This document shows positions 1 through 12,300 of a stretch of 64,000 bases of DNA, piece after piece. The notes under the pieces are model-generated. The model was not told where the DNA came from, ran no database searches, and saw only the letters and a list, made by a program, of their open reading frames with translations. The DNA comes from Enoplolaimus lenunculus. Its lineage: Eukaryota. Position 1 is the stretch's first letter. Each line of letters starts with the position of its first letter. The DNA lies in NCBI GenBank assembly GCA_030248215.1, contig JASANG010003984.1:310001-374000 (forward strand), read 5' to 3'. Position numbers and translations under genes: made by a program.

Positions 1-49
1 AATTAATTTTAAAAATATATTTATTGTAAATAAAAATTACCGAACTTAC

Positions 50-152
50 CTTCGTCTAACGTAGGATTATCCGTTGTTCCGGGCATATCAGTCGCACGAG
101 CGACAATTAACCGAACGCAGTCTGACTCTTGTTGACGTAACACAGTTGCAAC
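50..152 (-). CDS. MPDZ: Patj/MPDZ-like exon, PDZ2 end (VATVLRQQESDCVRLIVARATDMPG...); gene continues beyond window start
   Basis: TTTCAG acceptor, G|GTAAGT donor, 103 nt, phase 0->1. VAxVLRQ...VxLxVAR is the PDZ C-terminus. Confidence 0.93.
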
Positions 153-781
153 CTGAAAAAAAAGAATGTAGAAATTGCAAAAATTATTGTCGTACTCAGT
201 CTACTTTGAAATTGTTAACATAGCTAATTTCTTTATGTTTTTTTACAAAAATTAAAATTCGAATATAATTTTAAGTATTACTAATCAAAACGATTTTGCG
301 AATTTTCTTTCACGATTGAAAAGTGGCGTTACAGTTAGAAAAGAATCAAAATCTCCGCAAAGCCAGCGCGATAATGCAACTTCCACAATAAAACGCAATA
401 CATCAGAATTTCAAGATTCAGTGCGTGGCAATGACCACCCCCAAACAGTCTCAGTGTCCGTTGCTAACACATCAAACGGTTACATTGAGTATCCGCGTTA
501 TTGTTAAACAATCTACGATAATTCGTCGCCGGACAACTTATCGCCCAACAGTGTCCTAAAGCCTATAACAAATCTAATCATAATCGTAAAGCGTAATCCT
601 AAGCCTAAACCTAAACATAATAATGGCCGACGAACTGTCGAGTCGATCAAATTTCGGATTACAAGTTGTCGAGCGACAAGTTTTTGGGCGACCAAGTGTC
701 GCGATACCATTGTTAAATTGGCTTGAGATTTTTTAAAGCTAAATTTTGGTTCTAAAAGCGTGAATAAATCAAAATTTTTAC

Positions 782-856
782 CTGTTCCGATGTCATTCCG
801 GTCAAAAACACATCGCCAATTTGAATCAAGTGATCACCGGAACGTAGTCGGCCATC
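782..856 (-). CDS. MPDZ: Patj/MPDZ-like exon, PDZ2 middle (DGRLRSGDHLIQIGDVFLTGMTSEQ)
   Basis: TTTTAG acceptor, CAG|GTAAAA donor, 75 nt, phase 0->0. Classic DGRLxxGDxI...GMxSEQ PDZ segment. Confidence 0.95.
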
Positions 857-892
857 CTAAAATGATAAACAAACGTATAAACAGATACGGTA

Positions 893-1586
893 CAGGCTTC
901 AACATTATTTTTAAAATTATACAAAGTTCAAGTTTTTCGGTATTACGACAATTCGTCGCCCGACAGCATGTAATTCAAAATCATTGCGGTTAGGCTTAGA
1001 CTTAGGCTTAGTATTAACGCTTACGATTATGCCAGGCTTCAATATTATTTTTAAAATTATACAAAGTTCAAGTTTTTCGGTATTACGACAATTCGTCGCC
1101 CGACAACATGTAATTCAAAATCATTGCAGTTAGGCTTAGACTTAGGCTTAGTATTAACGCTTACGATTATGCCAGGCTTCAATATTATTTTTAAAATTAT
1201 ACAAAGTTCAAGTTTTTCGGTATTACGACAATTCGTCGCCCGACAACATGTAATTCAAAATCATTGCGGTTAGGCTTAGACTTAGTCTTAGTATTAACGC
1301 TTACGATTATGCCAGGCTTCAATATTATTTTTAAAATTATACAAAGTTCAAGTTTTTCGGTATTACGACAATTCGTCGCCCGACAACATGTAATTCAAAA
1401 TCATTGCGGTTAGGCTTAGACTTAGGCTTAGTATTAACGCTTACGATTATGCCAGGCTTCAATATTATTTTTAAAATTATACAAAGTTCAAGTTTTTCGG
1501 TATTACGACAATTCGTCGCCCGACAGCATGTAATTCAAAATCATTGCGGTTAGGCTTAGGCTTAGTATTAACGCTTACGATTATGC
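893..1586. repeat. 140-bp tandem repeat, 5 copies, within the intron between two PDZ2 exons
   Basis: CAGGCTTCAA unit starts at 893, 1033, 1173, 1313 and 1453; copies near-identical. Confidence 0.95.
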
Positions 1587-1682
1587 TTATAATACTGAAA
1601 TATCAGTATTATGCAGATGTGGCAACTCGATTGGTTGTGGACTTTTTGGCTGTCAATAGATGCTAGGCATATCTCAACGTAC

Positions 1683-1817
1683 CTTATCCGCTGGCCCTCC
1701 GGCAACGATAGTCTTAACAATTACGCCAGTAGACCGGCCGCCAATGATGCCAAACCCGAGGCCGGAGCCTTCGTTCAACAAATCAACCACTTGCAACTCG
1801 GTCCATTCTCCAGTCAG
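1683..1817 (-). CDS. MPDZ: Patj/MPDZ-like exon, PDZ2 N-half ([45 protein letters not shown])
   Basis: TTTCAG / AAG|GTAC boundaries, 135 nt, phase 0->0. [16 protein letters not shown] is the signature of Patj/MPDZ PDZ2. Confidence 0.95.
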
Positions 1818-3252
1818 CTGAAACAAAAAAAAAAGTATAAAATTAAAATTTACGCAAAACTGTTTTTGTCCGGAATAACGTTTGAGTTTTGATCGATTGC
1901 CAACTTTTAAGCCAAACAAAATTCACATGCAAAAACCAGGTGTGTTAATCGGCAAAAATTGTGTTTGCGCGAGAAAAGCCTTCCAGACGGGGATAAATTT
2001 ACTAAAATCTTCGAAAATATCAGCAAAGCTACAAATTCACCACACATCCCTTGTTGATACCATGTGCAGTTTCGACTTAAATTGATTCAAACACTCTTTA
2101 GCTAAACGGCTCATGTGGTCACAAGCGAATCCACAGGGAACGCGTTAAAGTCTCTTTCCGTCAATATTTATTTGTGATAAAACGATAAAGTCTCTACCTT
2201 ACAATTTTTCAGCCTCAGAAAATTGGCACATAAAAAACATACAGTTTTGCCAGCAACGCCCTCTTATCTGTAATTTTTGGATCAGCCGTTGCATGCGTGG
2301 TCTTGATAGACCTCACAAAGAACCAGGTTTGCCAAAAACCGCAAGTCTGCGTTCGGAACACCGTTACTAACCGGTATAAGCAATTCATACTTCGCATGCA
2401 GTTCGTCATGCTTCGATTCTACAGCTCCCATTGTCAAACATGGTTCTATTGTACGGTGAAGACAATACAAACAATGTTGTAATTAATAATGACTGGGTTT
2501 CTGAAACCGTACTTAAGTACGACTGAGTCCGTAAGTATGCGGTAAACAATTACTGAACGATTTTGTCGTTTTTAAAAGCGTACTGTATTGACCCGATTAA
2601 GAGGAGGGTAATTAGAGGGGGGTCCCAATTTTGAGTCCCGATCAATAGGAGTCCGTATCCCTAATAAGAGTCCGAGCAGATAGAGTCACTAAACCCTAAT
2701 TAGAGTCCATAAATGACAATTATCCCTAATTGTAGCACATAAATGACTCCAGGACAAAATAACAATACCGAACATATGTCAGTAACGAAGGACGGCGAAG
2801 GGCGGGTTAAAAATAAATAACAGTCCGTAACCGAATAACAAGTGAGGTACCCTCTGGAGAGGCTAATAAACATCAGTCCCCCTCTTATTCGGGTCATTAC
2901 AAATACTTGGGTCGCTGACCAAATTCGATGTTACAGAAATAACGCATCAGGCGTATTAACGTTAATCCAAAATTATAGGCTCATGATAGCCCGTTAATAT
3001 AACGCAAAACTCTGGTTTTCTTGTTACTACAACGACTCCCATTGTGGTGCCAAGTTCTCTTAACTCAGAAAGTTCAGTATTTATTTATCTCCGCTGCTTA
3101 AATAATTACTTAAGTATAACTAAAGTAAGGTTTCGGAAACCCAGTTAGTGGCTCATAATTTTAAAAAATGTCTCTTCAACCTATCAAGCAACGTTTCCCA
3201 TTCTCAGACGTCGGTCGTTTTGAAAATGTTCAATCAACCCTACCGTGCGGTG

Positions 3253-3935
3253 CCGTCCGTCACACGTCCGACGCCGTCCGTCACACGTCCGACGCCGTCC
3301 GTCACACGACCGACGCCGTCCGTCACACGTCCGACGCCGTCCGTCACACGTCCGACGCCGTCCGTCACACGTCCGACGCCGTCCGTCACACGTCCGACGC
3401 CGTCCGTCACACGTCCGACGCCGTCCGTCACACGTCCGACGCCGTCCGTCACACGTCCGACGCCGTCCGTCACACGTCCGACGCCGTCCGTCACACGTCC
3501 GACGCCGTCCGTCACACGTCCGACGCCGTCCGTCACACGTCCGACGCCGTCCGTCACACGTCCGACGCCGTCCGTCACACGTCCGACGCCGTCCGTCACA
3601 CGTCCGACGCCGTCCGTCACACGTCCGACGCCGTCCGTCACACGTACGACGCCGTCCGTCACACATACGTCGCCGTCCGTCACACGTACGACGCCGTCCG
3701 TCACACGTACGTCGCCGTCCGTCACACGTCCGACAACATCCGTCACACGACCGACGCCGTCCGTCACACGTCCAACACCGTCCGTCACACGTCCAACACC
3801 GTCCGTCACACGTCCAACACCGTCCGTCACACGTCCGACGCCGTCCGTCACACGTCCGACGCCGTCCGTCACACGACCGACGCCGTCCGTCACACGTCCG
3901 ACGCCCTCCGTCACAAAGTCCGACGCCGTCCGTCA
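3253..3935. repeat. GC-rich tandem array, 21-bp unit CCGTCCGTCACACGTCCGACG, ~32 copies, followed by the TATAGCGCAACCC end at 4010-4022
   Basis: Direct reading. Confidence 0.97.
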
Positions 3936-6900
3936 CTGCGCGGCGCGTGTAAATAACTGACGTACGAACGTATGGTGACGGATGGTATCGGACGGCGCCG
4001 GGCGTCAAGTATAGCGCAACCCTAAAAGTTTCACGCCCTTCATTTGTCCCTGCTTGAAACTAAACTTTAAATTACTGTTAAAATCAAATTATTGTTTTTC
4101 AATAGCAAATAAATTTTGGTCCTACAAGTGTTGGGTCGAACTGTGTTAAATTTTCTGCAATCAAACGCCTGGCTAACCAGTTATGATCAAATAACTTATT
4201 TGGCGCGCTGGAAACAATTTGGGATGGCGCTAAATCAGTTATTGGACCACATAACTCGTTAACCAGAGGTCGTGATTGTGAAAAGTTTAACATAATAGAC
4301 TCAGCTCCACAAGCTGCGTCGAATGGTTATATTTTTTGTTTAACTTAAAAATTATCTGTCCCACGGAAGGACGCTGGGGTGGGACCTAAATAATCAACTT
4401 TCCACAAATTCAAATTTGGTCCTGGAGTAACCAAAGGGAGAGGTAATAAAGCTCAAATATGCCACAATTTTCAAAGTAGTTTACACCTTTTTTGCAGCTT
4501 TGGTCTCTTTTATACAGGGCCGTGCTTAGCACCCCCGCCCCTCCGGCGAAGGCTCGGCCTACAAAAGGTCAGGTGTTTTGAGTTGCCCTCCAGCTCGCGT
4601 TTGCCCAAAAATTGTTCGATTTTGATACTTTTTGCATATTTGAGCTTCTCATGCCCTTCCCTAATTATTTCACACCTAAATTTAAATATTCGAAAAATTG
4701 GATTTTTGAGACCCTAAGGTCCCCTTGGACCCAAAAAAATTTATCAAAACGTTAGACAAGATATATATACCATTCGACGCAGCATGTGGAGCTGAGTAGA
4801 ATGTTGTTTAAATTTTCTAGTCCCAACGGGAAGATTTTGGGACCTTAAAAATCGAATTTGTCAAAAATTCAATTTTAGGCGGTGAATGATCAGGTGAGAT
4901 CATGAGAAGTTCAAACATGCAAACATTTTCAAAATCGAACCATTTTCGGGTAAACGTGGGCTGAGGAGGAATAACGGAAATGACCCAAAAGGTCCGGGGT
5001 CGCAAATCAAAATCAACGTGGAAAGCATTACCGGAACCAAAACGTTGGCTTTTTTGAGACGTTTGCATACAGAAAATGCGCGTGGTTCTTCACTACATAT
5101 AAGCACTCGTACTAAATGTATCAGCGAAATAAGAGTACTATAAAGTGAACGCTAAACCCTCTTCAGTGGGGGTCACGGTGGTCTCATCTCCCCCGTAGAA
5201 AAATTTAAATCTGGATTTCAAGTCGACTAAAATGGTCTTAATAATTTTTTTAGAGTCATGGGCGCCGTCAGAATATTAGGTTGGACTGTGCAAGTGTGGT
5301 ACTTGAGCAAAATGTATAATGACCGCAGTGTGCCCCACCATTACGCAATATTTTTGTACTCTGTATATCTGCTTGCATAAAAAATTGCTAAGGAAACTCA
5401 ATAGTGTTGGGTGGGTGCAGTTGAACCTGCTTGGACATACTTTCGGTGTCGTTGGCGTCAGTCTTAAGTGTACGGACCCATGTAAAGATTAGGGGCGAAC
5501 TGTTATTCTGTGGGACTGCAATAGAGTAAGCTTAAGCTCTAGACTAATTTTTTGATTGAGTTAGGCTTAGGCTTAGGCTTAGGAATATGCTCATTCTTAC
5601 GCTTAGGCTTAGGCTTAGGAATATGCTCATTCTTACGCTTAAGCTTCGGCTTAGGAATATGCTCAGCTCATTCTTACGCTTAGGTTTAGGCTTAAGAATA
5701 CGCTTATAATACTGTTCCGTCGCTGTTCTCCACATTAGCCAGTGTACCGAACATCACGACCTCTCGAACACAACCAAATAATCAGAAACATTCGCTATGA
5801 CCGTTAAAACTATAATATAGAAACTGGGCGGAACTCTATATTTCTGACGTGTTTAACCATAATTTCACAAAAGACAACACAACCAACAAACCTAATCTAA
5901 GAACCCTTACCAAATAGAGCTCACATAGCTAAGATTTTCATCTTGACAGGGTATAACCTCATGTAAGCATTTTCTACAAACAGCCCTATTAATCGAAAAA
6001 AAGTTGGTTCGACTCTAACGCTCGAGCAGGTGAGTATGCAAATGTGTTTTTGTCGTGTCTCCAGAAATCTCTGTGGAATACACCTCCCCTTGCGATCCCG
6101 GCTTGTATCCGTCCTTGATACCCAAATCATTCCCTCTAAAACCGTCGCATGCGCGAAACTTGAAGGCCAAATGATTTATAATTGCGATTACCTGAACAGA
6201 CACCATATAACCCCTTGGTACATAAAAGGAATGGGACCCATACACTAGCCCCCCCCCCCCACTGAGAAGCGGTGGCACCCATGCCTACGCCACCCAACAC
6301 AGAAGCGGTGGCACCCATGTCTACGCCTCCCAACAGAGAAGGTGTGACACCCAAGCCTAAGGTCCCACACAACAGGGATCCAAACAAAACAGTTTTTTGT
6401 GTTAAAATTTAGCACTAAAATTGCGTTTGGCTTCTCGTTCGCTAACTTTTTTTGGCTGGATTTGCAACTGCGTATTGCCCTAAATAAAGGTACTACACTA
6501 TGTACCTATATACTTAGTTGCCACTCTGAGCGGTTTATTAATGACCTTGGACTTTTGTGCAAAAGCCCAAAAATGTGCTCGAGATTAAGAAACTAAGTTT
6601 GCCAATACGGGTTTGAAGCCGGTAGTTTTTAAGATGTTAACCGTTTAACCTAAAATATTGTACTCCTGGTGTGGCTGGAAGATATGGCAAGCAGGTGCAA
6701 CTGTACGTCTGATTATCGCAAAATAATATTTTTAGGTTAAGTGAAAATTATGGGCCAACTGGCGTATGCAGCAGTTTTTATACCATTTTGCCCCTTGGGC
6801 CACACTTTACACACAGTTTTACCGCTGTTCTTGAGAGGCGTCCGTGAATGCAATAGCAAATTGTGTAACCGAAGGCACGGTATCCGTCTAGGAATTAAAT

Positions 6901-7884
6901 GAAAAATAGCCTATCTTAGAGATCTCGACGAGTTGAGTCCAACGGTACTAAATTTATCCCTGCATGACGAACGGTTCAAAAATTATTGTCCTCGAAATTA
7001 CAGTTCAAACACAAACCAATTTGAAGATACGATCATCCACATATTTGTCACATTAATGTTTTATTCGGTGTACAAATGTGGTAAATGCTTGTACTTATTT
7101 AGTTAAAATTTACAATTTAAACCATCATAACTTTCGAACCAGGCGCCCTGCAGCTTTAAAAATGACACCGCTGAACTCAGCACGTCGAGATCTATAAAAT
7201 AAGCTGATTATCATTAAATTGTAAAATGGTATTATATTTTCGGTACCTTCACCCAATTGTGAACGACTATAATGATAAAATGTTACCACAAAACCTACAG
7301 AAAATCGTAAGAAGTAAAGTATAAATCAAAATTATTCTACATGCCGCGCTCGTAGCCAAAAAGCCCGGGGGGAGGGGCTCAGCCCGGTACAACAATATTG
7401 CGCCCCCTAGAAAGTTTTCAACCTTGCTTGTAAGTCATCGAAAACCCACTTTGTGTTCCTCGTGAAAATGTTTAGTCCACCTAACAAGTTGATCTGGCTA
7501 CAGGGCTGCTATATGCACAAAATGAGTTTAGAACATGGATTTGAGCAACTGAAATCTTATGAAATAAGAATATATTGCAATTTATCATTTTTCAAACTGC
7601 AATCAGCACTCAAACCGGTACATCGAATAATGCCGCTGCAGTAAAATCGTCAGCAACTAAAATAGAGTTGACCCGTGGTGTGCTAAACCGGCTTCCGACA
7701 ATTATCATTAACTTTCGATTGCTTAACTTTGTTTCGTTCATTCGCAGCTTTAACTAAATTTACCTTATATCCGGCATGTACCCTGCGGAGGATCCAGAAA
7801 TTTCTGACATAAAGGGCGGGTTGGCAAATGTTATGAAACACAATTTTTTGGTGTATGCTATATAAGTGTCATTAGGAACGAATA

Positions 7885-8200
7885 ATTGCAAGGTAGCAGC
7901 GACCTTATCATTTTATCGTAAAAAAATTTCTGAAGGTGAAAAATTGTAAGGTAGAGACCTCATCATTTTATCGTAAAAAACTTTCTGAAGGTGAAAAATT
8001 GTAAGGTAGAGACCTTATCATTATATCACAAAAAACTCTCTGAAGGGGAAAAATTGTAAGGTAGAGACTTCATCATTTTATCACAAAAAACCTTTCTGAA
8101 GGGGAAAAATTGCAAGGTAGAGAGAGACCTTATCATTATACCTCAAAAAACTTTCTGAAGGTGAAAAATTGTAAGGTAGAGACCTTATGATTTTATGACA
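7885..8200. repeat. ~57-bp tandem repeat (~5 copies) inside a MITE
   Basis: AATTGTAAGGTAGAGACCTTATCATTTTATC...CTTTCTGAAGGTGAAA repeated. Confidence 0.85.
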
Positions 8201-8928
8201 ATTTTCTGACAAGGGTCGCTCGACTTCCCGTCTGTCTGTATCCGCTAGTGCAGGTACCAATGCATCAGGTGAAACTTAGTCAAGTGTTTAATTTCAAGTA
8301 AAATACCAATATTCCTGCTGACAGAGCCCTTAACTACTATTGACGCTAATACAATGCTCAAAAATACCCCCCAAACACCTTATTATAATTAGGTTATCCA
8401 TTCCCATAACCAGCTCACCTTCCTAGTGAGGGCTAAACATTTTACACGAGGGGAATACAAGGATTTGGATGACTTTCAAGCAAGGTTAAACATTTTCTAG
8501 GAGGGATAGAAATTCTTGTTTGGGGGTGAGCCCCTCTCTGGCTACGGGTCTCAGATTCTCATAGGTTAATATGATAATAAGTAAAGTTTGTACGCATGAT
8601 TAGTTCAAAATTAGCTATCAATCGAGCAATGGTTTCAGCTGAACCTGTATTATATATTCTCAAATGTGTATGTTACCTATGACCAATAATACCGGCTTCT
8701 TATCATAAATCAACCTGTAGCTTACGATAATTTCCTAATGAAACGGGAGACATCTAAAACAAGACGAAGACAATTGAAACACCTGGTTCCTGTACCCTTT
8801 CTTGTAACATTTTCAGGTTTAGGCTTAATTGGTAAGTCTGCTACCATCAGACAACCACACAACACCAGGCTAACATCCGTACGAACCACCAAACAGCAAC
8901 CTGTTCAAAATACTCCAAGCATGGCAAC

Positions 8929-9337
8929 CAGGGTGCAACCGGAATTCCGGTTCCGGTTCCGGCATTTTTTCACCTTCCGGTTCCGGTTCCGGTTCCGGTA
9001 AATTTTTACCGGATTTAAAAATTCCGGTATTATAATTTGGCCGTTTTCTTAACTTTGCTAATTTTTAAGAATCTCTTTTGAAAGCCACTTGTACTCCGAA
9101 TATAAGCCATTGATGGTGGATTTCACTTCAGTCGATGATGAAAATCTAAAATACAACAAATAAAATAAATACCTATGTTCGACTAAGGTTATTTCACAAA
9201 TAATAGAGCAAAAAATAAGATTAAAATGAAATTTTCGATGAAATGCATTTTTCATTTTCCGGTTCCGGTTCCGGTTCCGGTAAAATTTTCAAATTCCGGT
9301 TCCGGTTCCGGTAAATTGTAATTCCGGTTGCACCCTG
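8929..9337. mobile_element. hAT-like MITE with (TTCCGG)n subterminal repeats
   Basis: TIR CAGGGTGCAACCGGAATT, perfect 8-bp TSD ATGGCAAC. Confidence 0.88.
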
Positions 9338-12300
9338 ATGGCAACAGATAAAACGTTTCGAAACTCCAAAAATCAATTAGCACAACTTCATCGCCAGCAA
9401 TTGAGAATAATTTTTTCAACCACCCTACAACCGCTCACGTAACAGCCGGCGACCAAAAACAATCGCAAACTTCGCCTACGGCGGTTTCAATTATTTGGTT
9501 CCGGATTGAAACCATATTTTTCAAACGTTGAAAACTACGCTAAACACACTCGTTTAAAACCGAGTACAATGCTGAATAAATACGCGGCGCCCAAATAACT
9601 CCCGCGAGATTTTTTTTTACTGGCTTGCAAACCGCGCATTATTGGTAGCTAACCAGAGTGCCAAAAACAGTATATATATATTATTATATCAACGGGCGTT
9701 TCGAGCACGTTTGGCTCAGATCTAAACGCAATTTTAGGCTGATTTTTGTGTTTATTACATAAATATCGACTTTGCGTGATCGGATTTTAACGACCTGTTG
9801 CATACTAAACAGCTTTTGTATTCCAGGTTTAAACAGTTCAAATCAACGTCTGAAGCTCAGAGATCACAGTTACGTTTCAGCTGTATTTGAATCGAATTTA
9901 AGCAGCCAAGTAATCCATTAAACAAATTTTGTCGTACTTTAACCATTAAAAATTTCATAATTTATATAGGCTTAGGTTTTTAGGCTTAGGCTTAGGCTTA
10001 ATTTTGACATTAGGAATTTGTCACAAATTCTGGTTAGGCAGTTAAATGTTAAACCAGGCTACTTGAAGTGGTGTGTACAAACCTGGTTTATGTGTTGGTT
10101 CTACCAAGAGTCAGTAATGACTATTTTAACAAGAGTGTACAACTGGGTACATTTTGTGTACCAAACAATGTACCATGCGCACTTTGCGTTTTCGGCCTAC
10201 ACTCCACTTATTTAGGGGGCGTAAAACCTGTGCGAACTATGGCACTTTCGTTTCCGGCATCAAAAGCGCTCCGCTGATTTTAGGGGCATTGCATGTGACA
10301 GCAACCACCCCCCCATCTAAATAAGGTGGTTGGCCAAAAACGCAACACCCAGTGGTACTTTTTGTATCATGCGGAACCCCAACAGTTGCACACTCTTGTA
10401 TCTTGCACTCTTCGTTCCACACTTGACCATAATCACTTCTGTACGAACACTGAAACGATTCTACCACCTGTCGTCAGTTCTAACGACGTATGAAATTAAA
10501 ATTTTTCGATGCAGTAGAACGTGGAATTTATGAAATTAACAAAACTAGGTTCATGTAATTTTTTTCACCAAAAAATATATCTCTCCTAATCCTGCAAGTG
10601 AGATTAGAAACTCTATTGCTGACTGGTTTAAACGTTAAAATTACGAGTGTAACCAAAAATTCCATTTCGAGACGGCATTATACCTCGGGGCCAATGTTAC
10701 TTTGACGGGCGTAACAGTAGATTAAGCGTATTCCTAAGCCTAAGCCTAAGCGTAGCAAAAATGTGTTCCTAAGCCTAAGCCTAAGTCTAGGCCAAAACGT
10801 TTGCAAAAATGTGTTCCAAATTTTATGCCTAAGCGTAAGCCTAAGTCTAAGCAAAAAACTGTAATCTACAATCTAAACCTACTCTTTTATAGACCCACCA
10901 AAAACCATTGACGCCCCTTAAAGTAACATGGGCCCCTCACATAAACGAAATTTCGCTTGGATCATTACGATCCAGACGCAAACCCGTAGCCAGCTCACCT
11001 TCCTAGGGGGTACAAAAAATAATTCCACGGTGGGCATACAAGAGATTTCGGTGACTACAAGTAATGTTGAAAATTTCTAGGGGAGCCATGATTTTCTCAC
11101 TGGACCTGAGCCCCCGTGCACCCCCCTGTTGCCTACAGGCCCGTCCAGATGGCTATTCTACAGCGTGTTGAAGTTGCTTTTTTCTTCACAAATTTCACGA
11201 GGGTATACAACCTAAATTATCCCGTTGTACGCCCCCGACTAAAATATACTAAAATATATGGAGTAGGATGTCTACCGGATACGTCGGAAACTATGAAAAT
11301 GGAGATAGGGTCATTTTGCGTCCGCTCTAAAAGTTGCCACTGACGGGAGTTTAATTAAGAAAAAATTCAAAATTTACTAAACTTAAAAAGGTTAACCTTC
11401 GTTGCGCTGAAATACTAACTTGCGTTTTGCAATATTATATTTTATACAAGCAGAAATGAACATTTTTACGTGTTGGAAACAAATATTTATTGCTAAATTA
11501 TCAATACATCACAGCACGGGGTAGGTTTTATTAATTACATCACAAAAATATTATTATTATTATATTATCAGACGGTCGAGAAAAATATACCGCAAGGGAA
11601 TCACAGAATGACCACGCCCGTAGCCAGTTCACCTTGCTAGAAACGCTGAATATTCTTCAGGAAAAGCATACAAGAGTTTTCGATAATTACAAGCAAGGTT
11701 GAAAACTTTCTAAATGGGTCAGAATTCTTCCAGGGGCGCTTAGAAGCGCCCTGGCCCACCTCTGGGTACGAACCCTGCATAAAACTTGTGTATTCGTATT
11801 CTGAAATGTGTGTAGCACCTGTCACCAGTTTAGGTTATAGCTTTCAACTTAGACAATTATCGCAGCTAAATATGTCACTTGAGGTAATAGTTCGACTGCG
11901 AGCACCGGATATTTTACAGACACCGCCTTGAAAAATTCCCCTCCGTTTGAGTTGGATCCGTATCCCGAGTTGTGCTAAAATTTTTCGCAACTCCCCCCCT
12001 TCCACAACAGTTTTATATAACTCCACTTGTACAGGTTACGTTAACCCCCTCGGCCCATATAAAGAACAGGAGCGGAACAGTATTAAAGCTTATTCCTAAG
12101 CCTAAGCCTAAGCGTAAGAATGAGTTTTTTCTAAGCCTAAGCGTAAGAATGAGTTATTTCTAAGCCTAAGCCTTAGCCTAAGCCTGAGCCAAGCAAAAAG
12201 AAAATAAGTCTAAAGCTTATGCTTACTCTATTCTAGTCGCACAGAAAACGTTCCGCCCCTGATCTTTACATAGGCCACCCCCTCGTACTTTGCCTGACAA

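Noticed and set aside
2215..2470. Short ORFs just upstream of the PDZ2 exon as an alternative first coding exon
   Set aside because: The GTATGT donor is out of phase with exon 1817 in the open frames.
3148..4008. Long ORFs in five frames (SVTRPTP, RRRPSHV, etc.)
   Set aside because: Products of a stop-free 21-bp satellite; no unique domain or splice context.
5921..6278. ORFs with nearby splice-like signals on both strands
   Set aside because: No phase-compatible partner exon or protein similarity recognised.
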